From the human T2T-CHM13v2.0 reference genome, Homo sapiens: a stretch of DNA of 64,000 nt. Every line of letters starts with the position of its first letter. Within the stretch, counting starts at the first letter, position 1. Made by a program: the position numbers and the translations under genes. The notes beneath the pieces are model-generated. The model searched no databases. It was not told the origin of the DNA and saw only the letters and a list, made by a program, of their open reading frames with translations. The stretch lies in NCBI RefSeq assembly GCF_009914755.1, contig NC_060934.1. One strand, written 5' to 3'. Below, piece by piece: positions 47,713 through 64,000 of this stretch.

Positions 47713-47917
47713 CTCTAGCTAATGAGAAATGTCTCGTGTCAGAGATGGCCTGAGAATACGAGGGCAGTTGGTGCCTATTCTGTGCTGTGACCTCCCACCA
47801 TTAGCCTAGACCTTCAGTAAGTCTGCTGAAAACAGCTGCCTTTGGGTAGTGGTACTATGTAAGAGGAGAGAGAGGAAAAACGCGTGGGATGAAGCGATGA
47901 AAAAGGCACAGCACTCA

Positions 47918-49062
<1,145 letters not shown>

Positions 49063-49526
49063 CTCTAGAATCTTGGGAAAAGTCACAGACTCCCTACGGT
49101 ATAAGGCATGGGGAACCTAAACCACTTTCTTCAGATATTAAAGAAAAGTGTGATTCCAGAATGTTGGGACACAAGATAGTAGCCATTGCCAGATTAAGTG
49201 TGAGAAAATATAAATTTATAAGGATAGATGACTCATTTATTTTAGTAACATTTTGTTAAATTGAAAAATAATTCCTACAGATAGCAAGTATTCTTAAAAT
49301 AGAATTTAATTTAAACAAAAACTCAACTTTTCAAGAACACATTTATAGCATGAAACAAGATATATGATACAACTTTCCAAGATGAGGAATTTACATTTGG
49401 TCCATAGAATTAAACTAAAAGAGAAAAAAAGCAAGGAGCTTTCACCCCACAGGGGATAAATGAATGTCTCTTCAAATACCGTGATGTGTTGAACAGTGAG
49501 TGCCCAGATCTGAGTCTACTACTTCA

Positions 49527-49910
<384 letters not shown>

Positions 49911-51121
49911 ATATATGTGGCTGCAGTCATTTATGGATTGTATTTATTTCATACCAAATCTATCCTTTGAGCCATGTCTCAATAAATTTATGAGAAAAAA
50001 TAAAAATACAATGCTGACTCCAAGTTAGCTAAACTGGATATAACTAGAAAACATTTTTTCTCTGACATACCCCCTAAGAAGCTCTAATTGGGTTCTATAT
50101 TAATATACAATTATCTGGTATATGGAACCTGCAAACTTCAGACCTGGGATGATACAAGTTTCATATGGTCTAGTCTCCTTATTTTACAGATAAGGACACT
50201 GAGCCACAGAGAGACAAGTAACTTGTCCACAATCAGACAGCTGCTTAATGGCAAGGCAGGACTCAAGCCACACAACGTGACAGCCCAGCACCCTGGGTGT
50301 GACCTTGATATTTCCTCATGGCCATCTTGGGTTGGGTGAAAACTGGGGTTTATCATACTTACTCACAGGGGTTTTCAGGAGGATTAAATAATCCCTCTGA
50401 GATGTGGACACAGCATTTGTAACGCTTGTCATGCGCTGAGCATTGAGCTCATTTGAGGGAGTTAAGCTCATGCCCTCCACTCCTTCCACCTTCTTACCCT
50501 AGCTACACATGCTAGTGTTCTTTCTCCTGAAAACTTTACTCTCAGTGTAAGGAACAGCTGTGGACTCCAGGAAAGCACTCCCTCCTCCTTTATTCATGTA
50601 TTTCGTGGTCACTAGGAAGACTGGAACCTACCCAAGAGCCCCCGTGGCCATGGATAGATGGCTTAGGATGACAATGCTAAGTCTTTGTGACGTATGACAC
50701 TCAAAATGAAACCCAGTTTCCAGAAATGAAGGTGCGTACCACAGGCAGGGCATAGGAATGAGGGTCCTTACCCCGTGCAGGGCACAGAGTAAATCTACAG
50801 AGTGCACTCTGAGTCTCACCTCCCTTCCTTCTCTGACATCCTTGAACCCCATCTTGAGCTACCCAGACATGCCCTCAGCCCAAGTAACCTATTTATCAAA
50901 CAAACACACAAAACCATTCTTCTTCCTGTTTTTCCCCAGTTGGCCATGCCCTGGCTCTGAAATAACAGGTTGGCATATTTCATACAAAGATGCCAATCTT
51001 TGTAAACCCCAAAAGGTAGGCTTGTTAATGGAAATCAACACCAAACTGGTAGCTTCTTGGATGGCAGGTCTTTTTCTGCTTAGAGGTCTCCCAAGTGTTG
51101 TTGCTTAATTCTCACATCTCA

Positions 51122-51123
<2 letters not shown>

Positions 51124-51162
<39 letters not shown>
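51124..51162. repeat. (CA)n microsatellite
   Basis: Direct reading. Confidence 0.95.
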
Positions 51163-51165
<3 letters not shown>

Positions 51166-51314
51166 GCCAGTGACTTGGCACCCAATCTTCCAAGCTTTCC
51201 AGGCCTCCTATAACTAATGGGTATTAGGACAAGCTACTTTGTAGTAGGAGTTCTTCACTTCAGAGAAAAAGAAAAAATAAGGCAAAAACCACAGAACTGT
51301 ATTTTTACTGCTCT

Positions 51315-51666
<352 letters not shown>

Positions 51667-51882
51667 TGAGCACCCAAAGGCCCACGAATCACTGGTTTTA
51701 GCAGGACTCGTTCTCGCCCTAGAGTCTAACTGAATCCCAAACTGGCAGTAAATGATGTCAGGGCTTCTGAGAGCATTCGCTTATCATCCAGTGACCGGAT
51801 GTGGAGTTAAGGGGATGGGCTGGACCCAAGGCAAGCCCCGACCATGGCATGCCACTGAGCCACGAAGCTGGAGGCACCATAC

Positions 51883-52017
51883 CTTTGCAGGTGAAACACT
51901 TGATGTGGAAATGTTTGGTCTGGACCCGAAGCACTTCACCCTTGCAAGGCTCCCCACATTTATGGCAGTGAATGACAGGCTTCTCTGATGGGTGGTGAGG
52001 GTCCTGAGGGTGGGCCA
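51883..52017 (-). CDS. ABLIM1: ABLIM1 internal coding exon (135 nt, phase 1-1): (V)AHPQDPHHPSEKPVIHCHKCGEPCKGEVLRVQTKHFHIKCFTCK, first half of LIM1
   Basis: Minus-strand acceptor ttttctttcag|TG and donor AAAG|gtatgg. LIM pattern CxxC...HxxCxxC. Peptide recognised as abLIM1. Joins in frame to the exon at 25683. Confidence 0.96.
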
Positions 52018-53585
52018 CTGAAAGAAAATCAACAAAAGATCCAGGTGAGTAGAGAGCATTCCTGCAAAAGGGGTCATCATGGTATCTCTGTAATTTTGGT
52101 GTCAAATGAGCCACAGAGATTGATTCGACAGTGTGAACAGAGCAGTCCCTCCAAGTCATAATCCTAGAGACACAAAGACCCATAAGACAGTTGTGGCTTT
52201 GACAGTCCCGGGGGGAAAACACCAGGCGTGTTCCTCAATGGAGCCTGCTGTCTTCTCCCTTCTTCCCAAACTTCTCTAGGATGACTTCATTGAACTATTG
52301 AATACACAATCTTGCTTAGTTCAATATTTTGTTATGTGGACTTGTAATATGCCTTTATATTGATTTAGAAGGCACCTTCAGAAGGAGTTCACTGTGGACT
52401 GTAGGTCCTTGAAGATGGGGACCATTTCTTAAAGTTTATCCTTTTTGTCTCACCAGTTGTATTTCTCCCTCCTTCCCAGCTTCTTGGGACATAGCAGAAT
52501 GTTCATGTAGCAAAGGTGCTCAGTAAATGTTTCTTTACGTATTAATTAGCAGTGCTGAACAGTTTCTAGCCTGCTTTACCAGAGGGTCATTCCCGATCAT
52601 AAATGGCAACTCATCTAACCTGTTGCAGGCCTATGATGAGCCTCCCATTATGTGCATAGTGTCTGATACACACACTGCAGGCAGTAAATTTTTAAAAATA
52701 AACTAGGAACAACATGGATCTCTCTGAACCTCAGTTTCCTTTCCCATAAAACAAAGGGGATTGGCCCAGGGAATTTATAGGGTCTTTTCAGACCTTGACA
52801 TCACATGATGGGGCTTACAAGGATACTAAGAGAATACTAAAAGAATACTCTTAGTTTCCAGAGTGTGGCCTTCAGAGACTAGAAGTTATTGTGACTGCCC
52901 AGCCCTGGGACTGGGATGTTCAGCCTGCCCTTTACAAAGGCCCAGAGAGAAGGCAGTGAGGGGACACTTGTGGCTTTGAGCTCACCAAGAGTCTTCATTT
53001 AACTTGCAGTTTCTCCAGCTAGAGAATGCAGATAGGCAGTGTTTGCTACCAAATTCCTTTTTTGATGTGGGGCCTCAGAAGGAGGAACATGGTGATATAT
53101 AAAAACATACTCCTTAAGGAATGACATGAGCGTTATATGGGACAAGAACATTGAACCTAAAATTAATCAACCAACACAAAGATGATTTTCTCTCCAAAGG
53201 TAAAACCAGGTTGAGCAGGGGGTAGATGTGGGCAGATATTGCTGAAACTCAGTTTAGAAAACACCTTACAACAAGGAGCTCGCTGTATACCACAATATAA
53301 TAGTTCACTGTTTCTCTCAGACCTCAGCAGTGTTCTCATTTTGCCTGGCAAGAGTTTGAACAAGATAGTCCAAATAATCCATTACTAGCTAACTTCTGAG
53401 AAACAAGGTTCTTCTTGTGAGATTCTGACTAGGAGCAGGTGTAGTTTCAGGTTGAACACCTGATCTGTGTTCTCTGCAAGGGACCCTGGGAATGGCCACA
53501 AAGATACCAAGGTTGCAATTCACCTGCAATTCCTTATCTACCTCCTGGGATCTCTCTTGAAAACCTGTATTTACAACATAACTCA

Positions 53586-54069
<484 letters not shown>

Positions 54070-56033
54070 TTAATTCCTGCTTCTTATAAGAAAGAAGACA
54101 AGTGGTATTTATTGGCATCTACTAAATGCCACACATAGTGCAGGGTGTTTACATAAGCCACTTTATTCTATCCTCACCACCCCTCTCTCTCAGTGAAGTG
54201 AGTAATACTGTTCCCATTTGACAGTTGACAGATAAGGAAACAGAGCCGCAGAGCTGAACAACCTGCCCAAGAAGCAGAGGAAGCTGAAAGATCCACGCCC
54301 AGGCCTTTCTGACTGCTAAGTTCATGCCCCTTCCATGCTGTTTGTATAAATCAGAAAATTGTTGTAAGTCAAAAATAATTATTTTTATAAGTATTATCAT
54401 TATGCCTCTAATTTATATGGCAAGTTCAAGTGCCGTTCTAAAAGCAGCAGCTAGGGCTTGGCTTGTAAAGGGGACACACGTAGCAATAAGGTTTTTGATA
54501 ACTGAGCATGGCACCCAGGTGGTAACACTCAAGGCAACTCTATGGATCCCCCATATCAGAACCTTCTGTACCATGTATTAAAAATGCAGGTTCTTCAGCC
54601 CCAGTGACTAGGAGTGGGAGTCAGGCATCTACCTTTTTAGTAAACTACTCAAGTGATTCTTACGCATACTCCAATTTAAGAGCTATTTCCCTTTAGAATT
54701 CAGACAATATGAATACACCAGCTATGGAGAAGAGCTAGAATTTCAAAAGTAATTCAAAAGACCATCCTCTTCAGCAACAATATGAGAACACAGTGAATCT
54801 CTTGACTACACAGGAGAATGCATTTTTGGATAAGAAAATGCACTGCAGTTTCTCTTGACACTTGAATTTCTTATTGCTAAGCAAGGCAGTCATGCTGAGT
54901 AATGATGAGGGAAGGAAAATATCACTTCACTTCTTGGCTTTTCTCTATGTCCGAACAAAGGAGCCACTGCCAATGCTGGCACCAGCTACCAAGCTCAGAA
55001 CTGGGATCAGCATCTGCATTTTGCATAAGTTTCCCTTTGGAAATATACATTACACCACAAAGTCCCCCATGCCCAGAGATGACTTGCTTTGCCTTCACCC
55101 ACAGACTAGACTGTGTTTACTTGCCTTTCCTTCACACAACAACCTAGGCATCTCAGAACAACCTATTTGTAAAGAAATGGGCTGTTCTTACTAGAGAAGG
55201 GCAGCATCCAAAGAGCAGAAGATTCCGTTCTTATTTCATCCCAACTCAAGTCAGTGTCAAGAAAGGAATATCTCTCCTTTTCCAAAACGAATAAAGAGGT
55301 TAACTTTATATAACTGTCTTTGACAGTCTGGTTATTACCACATGTATGTTTGTTGACTCGATGCTACAATTTTGAAATATGCTGAGTCATTTCCAATACA
55401 GACATGACATTGATTCTGCACTCCCCTTATCTGCCAACTGGTTGTGCTGCAAAATTTACTTGACTGTTCCATCTTTCAAGGCCCAAGCGGTCCCTACTTA
55501 TTTTATTGATAGGGAAACTGAGGAGCAAAGAGTTTACATTCCTTGCCCAAAGTCATCAGGAGTTACTGGCAGAGGCATACTTAGCACTCAGGCTCCCAGC
55601 ACTTTCCATTGTACTGACTAGTCAATGATTTACCCTGGAACTTGAGCAGACACAGTTCAAACCTTCCATGGCTCATCAATTTTGTTGCCTAAATAAGGAT
55701 TGTACAATGAAAAACCAAAAGCATGGCTGCACACTCTCTGAACAATGAGGAAATACCTACAAAGAGCCAAGAGTCTACCTGCCTGAAAAGGTAACGGGAT
55801 TCCTCCACTGCAGAATACCCAGTTTAGAGGAATTCTCACTACTCAGCTAAAGCAGCCAATTGCATTGCTTACTGAGGAGTTTCACACTGTCTTTCAGAGT
55901 CAAGCAAAGCAGATCAGCCATGTCTCTGAACTCCAGTGCAGGACAGAAAGCAAAAATGCCATTTTTGATGTGTTACTTTTGGAATGTCTATTAACGATCT
56001 CAGGCAATGAGACTGGGGGAAGGAGACCATTAA

Positions 56034-56585
<552 letters not shown>

Positions 56586-57097
56586 CAGAGTACTCTTAGT
56601 TACAGCTTGCTCTGGGTCATCTGAAATACTCAGTATCTTGCAGGTAACATACACATTCTCCCTCTCAAGCCCCCTTCCTTCCCCACTGCACCATCACTCC
56701 CTAACCCATAAGCCTTTGGAACAACACGGTGCTTGATGGCTTCCAAAGCCCTTTCCTCTTCTCTATCTCATTTCACTCTCACAGGAGTTCTCAGGTAGGA
56801 AGAGCAGGTACTGTCAACCCCTTCTTAGAAATAGACAAACTGAGGCTCAGAGGAATGAAGTGACTCACCCAAGGTGGCGCAGCCAAGAAATAAAGAGTTG
56901 GCAGTCACCTAGTGCAGTGACTTCTAATCCAGACCTCTTTATACCAGAATAATCCCCTAATTACCAGTGCTTGAACCTTGATTCTGCCCTCTCCTTCATT
57001 TCCCAACAAATTTGTCCACCTTCACATCCCCTGTGCCTCAATCCCTTTTCTCACCCCAGCAGCCCAGGCCCTCAACTCCTTTTTCTCAGATTACTGA

Positions 57098-57411
<314 letters not shown>

Positions 57412-57439
57412 TCTGGCGTTTTTCTCCAGATGCAACCAG

Positions 57440-59072
<1,633 letters not shown>

Positions 59073-60922
59073 GTTCCAAATAGCTCTCTCAGTCCCAAAT
59101 CATCAAGCCTAAAGTTCTCTACCTAACTTCAGAGATCTTCAATAACATGGCTCATGTCAGCTTTTTAGGTGTTTAAGAAACAACTACCTCTGCTGAGTAC
59201 TTATCCCTGTGCTAAGTGATGTGATCACAGACAGTCTGACTTTGCAGACCAAGCACTAAAATACTCTACTATTTATTTGTATTAATTTAGAAATCTCCCT
59301 TGAGCAAGGCCTTCTGACCACTTTCTGGTCTAGCATCTTCATTCTCGCCAGTGCCTTCACTCCCACTGTAACCTCACTTGCTGTGGTTTCTCTTCTCCCC
59401 ATCTGTCTAAATCAAACTTGACCCATACGGCATAGCCCAGGTCCTGGTGCTTCTCTGAAGCTTTCATGCTGGCTTAGATTGAGAAAATATTTCCTTCTCC
59501 TCCATGTCCTCCAGCACTGAATATCTGTACCATCACCAATGTTTCTCTTGGTTTGTGTTTCTTTTGCTTTTATTTCATAATCCTGGCCCTACAAAACTGC
59601 AAGCTCAATGGTCAGTTCCTCCAAATGTCTGAAATAGTTCTGATATTGATTTCAAATATCAAATAGCCTGAGTTGTCATCTCTATACTTCTCAGTTCAAT
59701 GTTTGGATTAGGGAAAATAGGGTTATCCCTAATAACACTATAGGGACATCTCCCATGCGAAGGTCCAGGGTCCTGAACTTCTGACATTTGCAAGAAATCA
59801 CTCCAGAACACTACTATATTATTATAACAAGTAAAATGCACTGAATACTTAATGATGTTCCAGGCACTATAACAATTAATTGCTACTCACAATCAAAATA
59901 ACTGCGTCACAATTGCCGTAGGAGGGACTGTTGCACAATTCCTGTTTTGCAGAGGAGGAAACCAAGGCTAAGAAGAGTTAAAAACCTTGTCCAAAAAGAT
60001 ACAGCTAAGAAGAAACAGTCTTACTTTGGCCACATTTGGAAGCACTGTGTAAGGGATTTCCACAGGAAAAGATTATCTAGCATAGAAGGAAATCAAGCTA
60101 GTCTAATGTCCTCACTAGGCCCTGGGTGTATGGCTCAGAACTGGTGAATGCCCACCTGCGTCATCATTCCAAAAGCAACACCTGCTAGTCAATACGCAGA
60201 TGAGGAACAATGCTTGAAGTACAAACAGAAATTCTTCCAGGCTGCAGCCATTTATGGGAGAAGAACATGTACAGAGTCAGGGTGAGATAGCAAGGAAACA
60301 CGACACACCATTGGGAGGACCCTCTCGGCCACCTCCAGCCTGAGCAGAGGCCAGGATTGGAAATCTCTCTCTGGTTGAGACTGGTCTGGATTTGCAATCC
60401 TAAGATGCTCCTCTGTATGGTAAGGTTGACTTCTGCTTAAAGACAGGAGTCCTATTCTCATGGCAGTCTACGTTTGAGAGAGACTGCTTCATTACCTAGA
60501 ATATTTTCTCTGCTTCTACCCCATTGGTTCCTACTGAATTGTAAACACATATCACAGAGATGTGCGCTCTCCCACCTCCTACTCCCTTTCTTTGTGCTAG
60601 ACCGGCACTAGTATGGAGCCCAGAAAACAAGAAACTCAACAGTTTAAATAAATGCATAGAGTGCTTAATTTGCAGTTTACCTAAAGGCCCATTTCCTGCT
60701 GTGGCAAGTGGCAGCTACTTGAAGCTACATACACAGTTACCCAGTCATTAGTTGTCCAAAATGATCCTTCTCTTAAACTGGCTTCCACGACCTCATTTTC
60801 TTATACCATGTGAGTTCGGTAAACAGAATTATTAGTTGGCACAAACACTCCCGGGGGATGGGCAGTACAATGGTGGGCTTCCCTGCCACTTGTGGCTTTC
60901 ACCAGTTAAGATACCCTGATAC

Positions 60923-61537
<615 letters not shown>

Positions 61538-62151
61538 GATACTCTGATACTTCTGATACTTGATTTGCCTTTTCCGTGGCTACGTGATAGGTCCTTGCTA
61601 TTCCTCCAAACATAAAAGACGCTGTCAGCAACCGTCAGCTGGACTCCTGATTATAGAAACAGCTTCTGCTCAAATCCAGTTAATCTGATTCCCCCAAGGC
61701 AAAGAGGTACTAGGATTATCATAATTCAGCCAGGAAATTTCCTCCTTATAAATCACTTGGCGCACTTGCCCTGATGTGCTGCACCTGCCTTCTCTATGTG
61801 AAGGTTAAGCTCAGAAAGGGATTTTAAAATTGGCTTGGTGCCTTTTCCTCCTCCTCCTAAAAGCATGACTCCTTTGACACACTCTTTGACTGAGATGACT
61901 CACTGAAATGACACCCTTCTTTGACCTCTCCTAGCCTTTCTCTGACCATGTTCAACCATTTGTATACAACTCCCACCTCTTCTCTCTAATTGTAATTAGA
62001 AGGGACCTCAGATTAGGGGACTGGATTCCCAGTCCTGCCTTTCCTGACACATGCCTCAACCTCCCTGAGACTGTAAAAGGGGCCAAGAATACATGCCCGA
62101 CCTTCTAGGGTGGTAGCGGAGACAATGTGAGGCCATATCCTCCTAGGAGCC

Positions 62152-62537
62152 TTCTATGGTTTCAATGTCCCCTCCAAAATCATGCTGAAATTTCATTGCC
62201 ATTGTAAACGTTAAGAGGGGGACCTTTAAGAGGTGATTCAGTCACAAAGGCTCTGCCCTCATGAATGGATTAATGCCATCACAGCAGGAGTGAGTGAATT
62301 ATCACAGGAGCAGGTTGCTGATAAAAGAATGAAGTTCAGCCCCTATCCTCGCTCTCACACCCTAGTTTGCTCTTCTGCCTCCACCATGGGATAATGCAAC
62401 AAGAAAGCCCTTACCAGATACAAATGTCTTGACCTTGGATTTCCCAGCCTCAGGAACCATAAGAAATAAATTCTGTTTCTTTATAAATTATCCAATCTGT
62501 GATATTCTGTTCTAGCAACACAAAATGGACTAAGACA
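62152..62537. mobile_element. MaLR solo LTR (MSTB-like)
   Basis: ctatggttt..gccctcatgaatggattaatgcc..caaaatggactaagaca with 5-bp TSD gagcc. Confidence 0.85.
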
Positions 62538-63364
62538 GAGCCCCCACAGCCTCAGCCTGGCACACAGATGCCCATGTCAGCTGAATGTCAGGAAAGACTG
62601 TCACTAACCTGTATGAGCAGGAATTTCTGAAGCATTACAAAAATCCCTTCTGAAATTTGATTGAACCTTTTAAGGTCACCCAGGGATCTCAAACTATCCC
62701 TGCACCAGCAATTCTACTTAGAAATGAATCCAGTCTAACAAATGGGCATTGGCTTCAGTCTAAACTCTGCCGGCAGAACATCACATCTTTATGGACAACA
62801 AGAGAGCCACATCCATCCTGACTCTGAGAGTAGGAGGGATTGTGGTCCCATCTGAGCCATTTACAGAAATACAAGTTAAGAGAGAGGGTCAGAGTCTATT
62901 GTCACATGGCCTAGGGTCTTGAGACAGGGTTTAGCTTAAGCACGGTACCACCATTACCTTCTACTCTCTAATTCCAATTCCAGACACCTCAGAGGAATTT
63001 GAAAAACAAAAACCAAAAACCAAAGAACTAAGATATTGATTGAGGTGTCTCTTTGTGGCACAAATCTGTCTGTCTCCAGCACAGGAAGTCTCCCAGCTGT
63101 CCTTGCCTTTTCTTTCTGGCTGCTTCTACTTCCAGGACATACTCAGAATCATTAAGTACTTAAAAACAGCATTTCAAACAAACTAATGAAAAAAGCTAAT
63201 ACATGTGTGGCACTTCACAATTTATAAAAGGTATTCAAAGATAATAACTCCTGTGATCCCATCAACCCCAATTATACTGATTCTGCAGATACAGAAATTG
63301 TACTTCGAAAATCTTAAGGGGGTTTCTGGGGAGAAGAAAATAAAATTTTAAGGGATTCACCCCT

Positions 63365-63566
63365 GCAGTGGGGAGCTCTAACCTGCTTGGGAGAGCCGGC
63401 TATGCCCAGCCCTTCCCAACTGTATGGTTGACTCCACCTTGGTAGCTTGAAATTGGCTGCAGTGGAAGCATTTATACCATGGAAACTGGCAAACTTTACA
63501 GATCAGGGCCTTCCTCTTCCTGCCCTCTGGAGAGCTGGTTGTTAAACATTTACCGGCACACCATTG
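63365..63566. mobile_element. MER63-like hAT MITE
   Basis: Terminus gagagctggttgttaaacatttaccggcacaccattg. Confidence 0.6.
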
Positions 63567-64000
63567 TGCCAAAGGTTATACTGATTCCAAACTGCAGAGT
63601 GAAGCTTTTCATTCAAGTGCTTATAAATTTCAGAAACAAGAATGTGAACCCTTTCTGAAAAGGCACTCTTGCTCTTGCACTGTGAATAAAGACACAAACC
63701 TGCCCTCACCTGGGTCTCTCCAGTGTCTGCACACCCACTGGGAGATGAAAGCATGAGACCTGTGTTCACAGCATCCAACTTGCAATGTCAAACATTCTAG
63801 AATGCTACACATTCTAGAACTACTCTCTAAACACCTAGGCTCCTGACTCCTCCCAGACCTGAACTTCAGGCTCCTTCAAGCTCTCTTATGACCTAATTTT
63901 GCTGGGTGTAACCTCTGCAAGAAAATGCAAACACATATAATCTGTCACCTTGCTAGGTATTCTTCTATTCATCCCGGTGACAAGGGAGCATAACCCTGGT

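Noticed and set aside
51758-52222. 154-aa minus-strand ORF as a standalone gene
   Set aside because: Only 51883-52017 is LIM-like and bounded by splice sites; the rest is intronic read-through.
63943-63972. ATG..AAG|gtgaca micro-exon (MNRRIPSK) on the minus strand
   Set aside because: Phase 0, incompatible with the phase-1 acceptor at 52017, and the donor is weak.

Overview
Primate (human; it carries an AluYb8 element) genomic DNA, almost all intronic, from the ABLIM1 locus (actin-binding LIM protein 1) transcribed on the minus strand. Three internal coding exons are supported by GT-AG boundaries and one continuous reading frame: 52017-51883, 25683-25500 and 21490-21381. Together they encode LIM domains 1 and 2. 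The rest is interspersed repeats (about 30 Alus, L1, L2/MIR, LTRs, hAT and Tigger DNA transposons) and simple repeats. Main observations: (i) a ~47-bp copy of the first LIM exon sits 2.9 kb away inside the terminal repeat of a MER33 transposon; (ii) two more non-tandem local duplications have the same character; (iii) back-splicing of the three exons would create an ATG in strong Kozak context on a stop-free circular reading frame, and inverted Alus flank the block; (iv) a young AluYb8 insertion. Repeat subfamily names come from recalled consensus motifs and most repeat boundaries are approximate.
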